Positions 58,652-64,000 of a stretch of 64,000 nt of DNA are shown here, piece by piece. The stretch is from assembly GCA_017528315.1 (NCBI GenBank), contig JAFXOW010000028.1:421-64420 (forward strand), written 5' to 3'. A model generated the notes under the pieces. That model searched no databases, was not told the origin of the DNA, and saw nothing but the letters and a program-made list of their open reading frames with translations. Source of the DNA: Bacilli bacterium. GTDB taxonomy: Bacteria > Bacillota_I > Bacilli_A > RF39 > UBA660. The stretch's first letter is position 1. Each line of letters starts with the position of its first letter. A program made the position numbers and the translations under genes.

Positions 58652-59206
58652 ATGAAATTAGTTATTAATTATGATTTAGTAAATGCTATTTTAAATGTTA
58701 ATGAAGAATTAACACCGGCAAAAATTATTAGAAATAATAAAAAAAGATGGGCAACATTAAATGTTCCAGTTTATTTAATTATCGATACGATAGTTTTAAG
58801 AAAAATACAATCTATTTTAGAATGTTTTATTTTTCAACTTGGAGTAATAATTCCGTTTGAAGTAATAATGCAAGCTGTATTTGCATCAGAAGATAAATAT
58901 AAAATAAAATCAGTGAATGATTTAAATCAATTGGTTTTGGATTTACGTGAAAATTTATATATTAATACAGATTATAATTTACTAAGACAATCGGAACTTA
59001 TATCTAAAAACTATAAAATTCATTTAAATGAAAATAGTATACCAAGTTTACTAGAAAATAAATATATTTTAGTGCCAACATATGACTTTAATGGTGATTT
59101 AAAAAATATAGGATTATTACAAGAACATGAAGTAGGAACCAATGATTATATATTATCAAATGGTAGTCCCAAAAAAGAAATAAAACTTGCTTATGCAAGC
59201 AGATAG
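58652..59206 (+). CDS. Hypothetical membrane protein
   Basis: GGGGA RBS and two central TM segments. No motif recognised. Confidence 0.4.
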   Translation: MKLVINYDLVNAILNVNEELTPAKIIRNNKKRWATLNVPVYLIIDTIVLRKIQSILECFIFQLGVIIPFEVIMQAVFASEDKYKIKSVNDLNQLVLDLRENLYINTDYNLLRQSELISKNYKIHLNENSIPSLLENKYILVPTYDFNGDLKNIGLLQEHEVGTNDYILSNGSPKKEIKLAYASR

Positions 59207-59270
59207 AATATAAAAAAATGATAGTTTTCATATAATTATCATTTTTTTCATATTCTTTATAGGTGAAGAT

Positions 59271-61178
59271 ATGTTTAATAAAAAAATAGATAGCAGAATT
59301 AAATTAATTTTAATTTTTTTTATTAGCTTTTTTGTTGTAATATTTTTAAAAGTAATATATATAGAAATGATTGATTATCAAAAATTATCAAATTTAGCAA
59401 TGGATCTTTGGAGTAGAGATTTACCAATAGAAGCGAGTCGTGGTTTAATACTTGATCGAAATGGAGTAGTACTAGCAGATAATATTACAACAACAAGTTT
59501 AGTTTTAATACCTAGTCAAATTAAGAATAAAGAAGAGGTAACAACTGTACTTTCTGATATATTAAATGTAAGTTTAGAGGAAATGAAAGAGCATGTCTAT
59601 AAAAAGACATCGATAGAAAGGGTTCATCCAGAAGGAAGAAGACTTAGTTATGAAATAGCAGATAAAATTAATTCTTATAATTTTAAAGGAGTTTATTTAG
59701 TTAAAGAATCAAAGAGATATTATCCCTATGGAGAGACTTTATCTCATGTTTTAGGTTATGTTGGAATTGATAATCAAGGACTTGGGGGAATAGAACTTAT
59801 GTATGATGAATATTTAACAGGAGAAAATGGGGCTATTAAATATTTTAGTGATGCTAAAGGGAATAAAATTAATTTAAGTGAAATATATTTACAACCAGCA
59901 AGTGGTATGAATATTACATTAACTATTGATATAAATATTCAATTAGCAGTAGAAAGAGAACTTAATAATGTTTCAAGTACTTTAAAACCAGACAATAGTT
60001 TAGCAATAGTTGTAGATCCTAATACTTTAGAAATACTAGCTATGGCTAGTCGTCCTACTTTTAATCCTAATAATTATAAGTTATTTTCAACGGAGGTTTT
60101 AAATCGAAATTTACCTATATGGATGACATATGAACCAGGTAGTACTTTTAAAATAATAACAATGAGTAGTGCTGTTGAAGAAAAAGTAATCGATATTTAT
60201 AATGATCATTTTTATGACTTTGGAAGTGTACATATAAATGGTACAAGAATCGGGTGTTGGAAATCATCTGGGCATGGTGATCAAACTTTTTTACAAGTTT
60301 TAGAAAATTCATGTAATCCGGGATTTGTTAAACTTGGCCAATTACTTGGTAAAGAAAGATTGTTTTCTTATTTTGATTTATTTGGATTTGGAGAAAAAAC
60401 AGGAATAGATTTAAATGGTGAAGGAGAAGGTATAATGTTTTCTCTTGATAAAGTAGGAGAATTAGAACTGGTAACAAGTGCTTTTGGACAAGGAATAAGT
60501 GTAACACCTATTCAACAGGTAACAGCTGTTGCTAGTGTTGTAAATGGGGGTAATTTATTTAAACCTTATGTTGTTAAAAGTATTAATGAGCCAGTTAATA
60601 ATACTGTTATTGTTCATGATGATCCGATATTTGTTAGAAGAACAATAAGTGAAAAAACTAGTAGTACGATGAGATATGCATTAGAGTCAGTAGTTGCTAG
60701 GGGTGGAGGAAGATATGCATACATTGATGGATATCGAGTAGGTGGAAAAACGGGAACAGCCCAAAAAGTTCAAGATGGACATTATTTAGATAACAATTAT
60801 ATAATGAGTTTTATGTCCGTAGTGCCTAGTAATGATCCGAAAGCTATTTTATATGTTGCTATTGATAATCCTAAAAACACAGCACTTTTATCAAGTTATA
60901 CAACAGCACCAGTTGCTAGAAGAATTCTTTTAGATATCATTGATATTATGAATATTAAAAGACAAGATGATGCTATTCCTAAAGTTCATTATTGGGATGA
61001 TGAAATTTATTATACTTTGCCAGATACGATTGGTAAAACTAAAAAAGAAGCAAGTAGAGAATTATTTTATTATAATGTTGAATATTCAGGGATAGGTGAT
61101 AAAGTAATAGACCAAAGTCCAATTGGAGGCACTTATTTATCAGCAGGATCAACAGTTAGATTATTACTTGGAAATTAA
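59271..61178 (+). CDS. Class B penicillin-binding protein (PBP2B/SpoVD-like) with a C-terminal PASTA domain
   Basis: N-terminal TM and a dimerisation domain. Contains STFK (GSTFKIIT), SxN (NSCNPG) and KTGT (GGKTGTAQK). A PASTA-like tail follows (YTLPDTIGKTKKEA...STVRLLLG). Confidence 0.9.
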   Translation: MFNKKIDSRIKLILIFFISFFVVIFLKVIYIEMIDYQKLSNLAMDLWSRDLPIEASRGLILDRNGVVLADNITTTSLVLIPSQIKNKEEVTTVLSDILNVSLEEMKEHVYKKTSIERVHPEGRRLSYEIADKINSYNFKGVYLVKESKRYYPYGETLSHVLGYVGIDNQGLGGIELMYDEYLTGENGAIKYFSDAKGNKINLSEIYLQPASGMNITLTIDINIQLAVERELNNVSSTLKPDNSLAIVVDPNTLEILAMASRPTFNPNNYKLFSTEVLNRNLPIWMTYEPGSTFKIITMSSAVEEKVIDIYNDHFYDFGSVHINGTRIGCWKSSGHGDQTFLQVLENSCNPGFVKLGQLLGKERLFSYFDLFGFGEKTGIDLNGEGEGIMFSLDKVGELELVTSAFGQGISVTPIQQVTAVASVVNGGNLFKPYVVKSINEPVNNTVIVHDDPIFVRRTISEKTSSTMRYALESVVARGGGRYAYIDGYRVGGKTGTAQKVQDGHYLDNNYIMSFMSVVPSNDPKAILYVAIDNPKNTALLSSYTTAPVARRILLDIIDIMNIKRQDDAIPKVHYWDDEIYYTLPDTIGKTKKEASRELFYYNVEYSGIGDKVIDQSPIGGTYLSAGSTVRLLLGN

Positions 61179-61232
61179 GGGTTACAAAATAAAAAAAATA
61201 AGATATAATATAAATAGTTAAAAGGAGTTTAT

Positions 61233-61808
61233 ATGATGAATATATTAAAAAACGGATTAATGGAATTGAAAACGGATATAAAAGAAGGAAATATAAAGAA
61301 ACAGATTGCTAACATGTTAACATTATCAAGATTTTTTTCACCTTTTATACTTTTACCTTTATACTATTTTAATAAAATGACTATATTTTTAATAATGATT
61401 ATTATATTTTCTTTAACTGATACTTTTGATGGATACTTTGCTAGAAAATATACTAAAGAAAATTTGTTTGGAAGATATTTAGATGCTGTTGTTGATAAAA
61501 TATTTGTAGCAACTTTATTAATTCCTTTATTTTCAAATAAATATAGTATTATTATCTTTTTATTTGAGGCTTTGATAACCGGAGTTAATATATATGCTTT
61601 TTGTAATAATTTAAATCCTAAAACTAAATATATTGGAAAAATAAAAACCACTTTTTTGTTTATTTTAATATGTTCATTATATCTTAGAAAATTTATTTAT
61701 TTTAATAATATTTATTTAGATTTAATAATTATAGTTACCATTTGTTTACAAATAATAACTGTCATTTCTTATATAGTTGTACTAAAAAGTAAAAATAAAA
61801 CATTGTAA
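61233..61808 (+). CDS. CDP-alcohol phosphatidyltransferase family protein
   Basis: DTFDGYFARKY...GRYLDAVVDK matches D-x2-DG-x2-AR...G-x3-D-x3-D. Polytopic. Confidence 0.8.
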   Translation: MMNILKNGLMELKTDIKEGNIKKQIANMLTLSRFFSPFILLPLYYFNKMTIFLIMIIIFSLTDTFDGYFARKYTKENLFGRYLDAVVDKIFVATLLIPLFSNKYSIIIFLFEALITGVNIYAFCNNLNPKTKYIGKIKTTFLFILICSLYLRKFIYFNNIYLDLIIIVTICLQIITVISYIVVLKSKNKTL

Positions 61809-61809
61809 A

Positions 61810-62274
61810 CTAAATTTTAGTTTTCAATGTTTTAATATTGATTGTATTACTTCTTCCTGCAAGATAGTCAAGGCTAACATTAAAATATTTAGCATAATTA
61901 TATAAGAATGCTGTTAATATTAAAGTGTTACCGTTTTCATATGAACTAATATTTGATTGAGTAGTATTTAAAATATTAGCAAGTTCTTTTTGAGTTAATT
62001 TGTTTTTAAGTCTAAGCATCTTTAATCTTCTACCAATTTCATTAGATTTTAATTTGTATTTTTTGTTATCTACAATATTGGTTTTAGTTAGATTGCATAC
62101 AAAATCCATTGACACATGAAAAGTATTACAAAAATTATTTAAATGTTTAAGAGGAATTATATGTTCTCCTGTTTCAAAGTAATTATAACTAGATTTACTA
62201 ATTTTTAGTATTTTAGCTATTTCTCTTTGAGTTAGTTCATATGATTCTCTTATTATTTTTAGATCATAAAACAT
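61810..62274 (-). CDS. Tandem-HTH XRE-family transcriptional regulator
   Basis: Start trimmed to MFYDLKI (GGTGG RBS). It has two Cro/CI HTH units: LTQREIAKILKISKSSYNYFETG and LTQKELANILNTTQSNISSYENG. Confidence 0.8.
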   Translation of the reverse strand: MFYDLKIIRESYELTQREIAKILKISKSSYNYFETGEHIIPLKHLNNFCNTFHVSMDFVCNLTKTNIVDNKKYKLKSNEIGRRLKMLRLKNKLTQKELANILNTTQSNISSYENGNTLILTAFLYNYAKYFNVSLDYLAGRSNTINIKTLKTKI

Positions 62275-62457
62275 AATACAAACCACCAAATAAATTTTCT
62301 CATTAATTACCAATATTTGGTGATTTTGTCCACCCATTATGATAAAAACGCATAATTAAACTTTAAAAAGATTAGAAATTGTTATCGATGTGTAAAGTTA
62401 TTTTTTTTTATTAGTTAAAAAATTAAATTTGATGATTTTAACAAAAATAAAAAAAAC

Positions 62458-62486
62458 TTGCATTTTTTTTTGTTTTGTGATAGAAT
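62458..62486 (+). promoter_or_regulatory. Promoter of the thioester adhesin gene, with a T9 tract in the spacer
   Basis: TTGCAT (62458-62463), a 17-nt spacer containing T9 (62463-62471), then TG-n-TAGAAT (62478-62486). Confidence 0.5.
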
Positions 62487-62490
62487 AGTG

Positions 62491-62503
62491 AACAATTATT
62501 GTT
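62491..62503. promoter_or_regulatory. Perfect palindrome AACAAT-T-ATTGTT between the -10 and the SD (candidate operator)
   Basis: Seen directly. It lies 5 nt downstream of the -10 hexamer. Confidence 0.4.
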
Positions 62504-62519
62504 ATGGGGGGGAATATAT

Positions 62520-64000
62520 ATGAAAATAACAAATAATTTGAAAGGTTTAGTTTTATTATTTGTTGGGCTAGTGTTAAGCTTATCTGTATTAGATGTAAAC
62601 GCTGCACCAAGTTCAATAAAAGTTAAATCTAAATCATCATTATATTATTATACAGAAAAGAAAGGTACAGATTATATTAGTGGATATAATTTCTATCGAA
62701 AACAATTAACGAATGGTACATACGCATATTGTTCTAGTAATATAAATACACATGTACCTGCTGGTAAAACTTTAAAATTGAAAGGTGTGGTAAGTGATAA
62801 AGGACTTGCTTACATAATACAAAATGGTTATCCACATAAAAGCTTTACAGGTAATGCTAAAAAGGACTATTATATAACACAATCTGCTATATGGAGATAT
62901 TTTGATGAAACTAAAGGTTCAAGTAACTGGAGTAAATCAACATTTAAAAGTAGTTCAACTGGTATGAAAAAACATGTATATAATTTAGTTCAAGCTGCTA
63001 AGAAAGCTAAAAGTGCAACTGAAGTTCATAAAGTAAGTGCAACAATTTCTAATAAGAAGATGAAATTAGTAGGTAATGAATTTGTTTCAGAAGCAATTAA
63101 AGTAACTTTAACAAATACCACTGGAACTTATAAAGTTACTTTAACAAGTGCTCCTACAGGAACAATTGTAAGAAGTACAACAGGACAAGTTAAAAATACA
63201 TTTAATAATGGAGAAAGTTTTGTTGTAGTAACACCAAGTAGCAATACTAAAGGCAATATAAAAATTAAAATATCAGCAACAGGTCAAGGAACACGTGTTT
63301 ATGAATATACAACAGGTAGTTCATATTATCAAAAACTAATACCAGTTACTACTTATAAAGTAACAACAGGTGAAGTTTCAACTACTCTTGATTTAAATTT
63401 TGAAAAAGAAGTAACGAAAGTTAAAATAAGTAAGCAAGATATAGCAAGTAATGAAGAAGTTGAAGGAGCAACTCTAATAATAAAAGATGCAAATGGTGTA
63501 GAAGTAGCAAGATGGGTATCAACTACTGAACCACATTATATCGAAGGACTTGCTGAAGGAAGTTATACATTAACTGAGGAATTAGCACCAAAAGGATACA
63601 AATTATCAAGTGAAACAATTAACTTTACACTTGAAGCTGATGGAACAATAAAATCAGTTGTAATGTACAATGAAAGAGAAGTAACGAAAGTTAAAATAAG
63701 TAAGCAAGATATAGCAAATGGTGAAGAAGTAGAGGGAGCAACTCTAATAATAAAAGATGCAAATGGTGTAGAAGTAGCAAGATGGGTATCGACTACTGAA
63801 CCACATTATATTGAAGGACTTGCTGAAGGAAGTTATACATTAACTGAGGAAATAGCACCAAAAGGATATAAATTATCGAGTGAAACAATATCATTTAGAT
63901 TACTTGCTGATGGTGAAATTCAAAGTGTAATAATGTATAACGAGAGAGAAATTACTCGTGTTAGAATTAGTAAACAAGATATAGCAAGTAGCGAAGAAGT
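62520..64000 (+). CDS. Secreted thioester-domain (TQxA) adhesin with SpaA/prealbumin-like repeats (3' end cut by window edge)
   Basis: Not in the ORF track because it has no stop inside the window. GGGGGG SD, then an ATG at 62520. Signal peptide MKITNNLKGLVLLFVGLVLSLSVLDVNA. YAYCSS (Cys) ... NGYPHKS ... YYITQSAIWRYF matches the Cys-Gln thioester domain pattern. 90-aa repeats follow: VKISKQDIA..EEVEGATLIIKDANG... Confidence 0.8.
   Translation, partial: MKITNNLKGLVLLFVGLVLSLSVLDVNAAPSSIKVKSKSSLYYYTEKKGTDYISGYNFYRKQLTNGTYAYCSSNINTHVPAGKTLKLKGVVSDKGLAYIIQNGYPHKSFTGNAKKDYYITQSAIWRYFDETKGSSNWSKSTFKSSSTGMKKHVYNLVQAAKKAKSATEVHKVSATISNKKMKLVGNEFVSEAIKVTLTNTTGTYKVTLTSAPTGTIVRSTTGQVKNTFNNGESFVVVTPSSNTKGNIKIKISATGQGTRVYEYTTGSSYYQKLIPVTTYKVTTGEVSTTLDLNFEKEVTKVKISKQDIASNEEVEGATLIIKDANGVEVARWVSTTEPHYIEGLAEGSYTLTEELAPKGYKLSSETINFTLEADGTIKSVVMYNEREVTKVKISKQDIANGEEVEGATLIIKDANGVEVARWVSTTEPHYIEGLAEGSYTLTEEIAPKGYKLSSETISFRLLADGEIQSVIMYNEREITRVRISKQDIASSEE
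63408..64000 (+). repeat. Tandem 270-bp coding repeats (about 90% identical), at least 2.2 copies, continuing past the window
   Basis: Units start at 63408, 63678 and 63948, each beginning GAA GTA/ATT AC. AA(A) GTT A.A ATA AGT AAG CAA GAT ATA GCA. Long stretches are identical between units 1 and 2. Confidence 0.85.

Noticed and set aside
61364-61651. 95-aa minus-strand ORF inside the CDP-alcohol phosphatidyltransferase gene
   Set aside because: It is antisense to the frame that carries the DG..AR...G...D...D motif.
62398-62616. 72-aa minus-strand ORF
   Set aside because: It overlaps the adhesin promoter, SD and signal-peptide coding region. The plus-strand adhesin ORF, absent from the track only because it has no stop in the window, explains this DNA.
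63408-64000. Regular 270-bp repeats considered as a possible CRISPR or satellite array
   Set aside because: The period is far too long for a CRISPR array, and there is no repeat/spacer alternation. The repeats are in frame and encode 90-aa Ig-like stalk domains.

Overview
A 64-kb chromosomal segment from a very AT-rich (about 27-30% GC by eye) Bacillota (Firmicutes) genome. It uses the standard bacterial code: TGA acts as a stop (e.g. 13568-13570) and Trp is TGG. Nearly everything is coding. No transposase, integrase, phage gene, CRISPR array or rRNA is visible. Contents, left to right: (1) the 3' part of a Cna-B-repeat wall-anchored adhesin ending in a PPQTG sorting signal, followed by a class B sortase. 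(2) A ~15.5-kb Wzx/Wzy-type capsule/EPS locus (3996-19536). It has a CpsC/CpsD/CpsB phosphoregulatory module, a priming sugar transferase, a UDP-glucuronate 4-epimerase, four glycosyltransferases, Wzy, Wzx, an O-acyltransferase and UDP-glucose dehydrogenase. It also has an unusual pair: a TupA-like ATP-grasp amidoligase and an N5-(carboxyethyl)ornithine-synthase-like opine dehydrogenase. (3) Housekeeping genes: ylbJ, ylbL/sepM-like, murD, eno, purB, pepS-like, nrdD/nrdG, tspO, uvrC, tRNA-Thr, vanY-like, a two-component system, rlmCD-like, ylbD/E/F-rsmD, an RNase J paralogue, rmuC, rnhC, a PBP2B/SpoVD-like protein and a CDP-alcohol phosphatidyltransferase. (4) Several small accessory modules among the housekeeping genes: pilin-like and two-module secreted proteins, a kinase-like/HAD pair, and XRE regulators. 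(5) At the right edge, a tandem-HTH XRE repressor divergent from a thioester-domain (TQxA) adhesin with near-identical 270-bp coding repeats. The most striking observation is that the class III ribonucleotide reductase appears split. The NrdD ORF stops right after its zinc ribbon. The glycyl-radical loop (RRITGYLVG) lies in a separate 51-codon ORF with its own strong Shine-Dalgarno site, in the same frame behind a single TAA, and it overlaps the nrdG start. All calls rest on reading the sequence and remembered family motifs. No searches were run.
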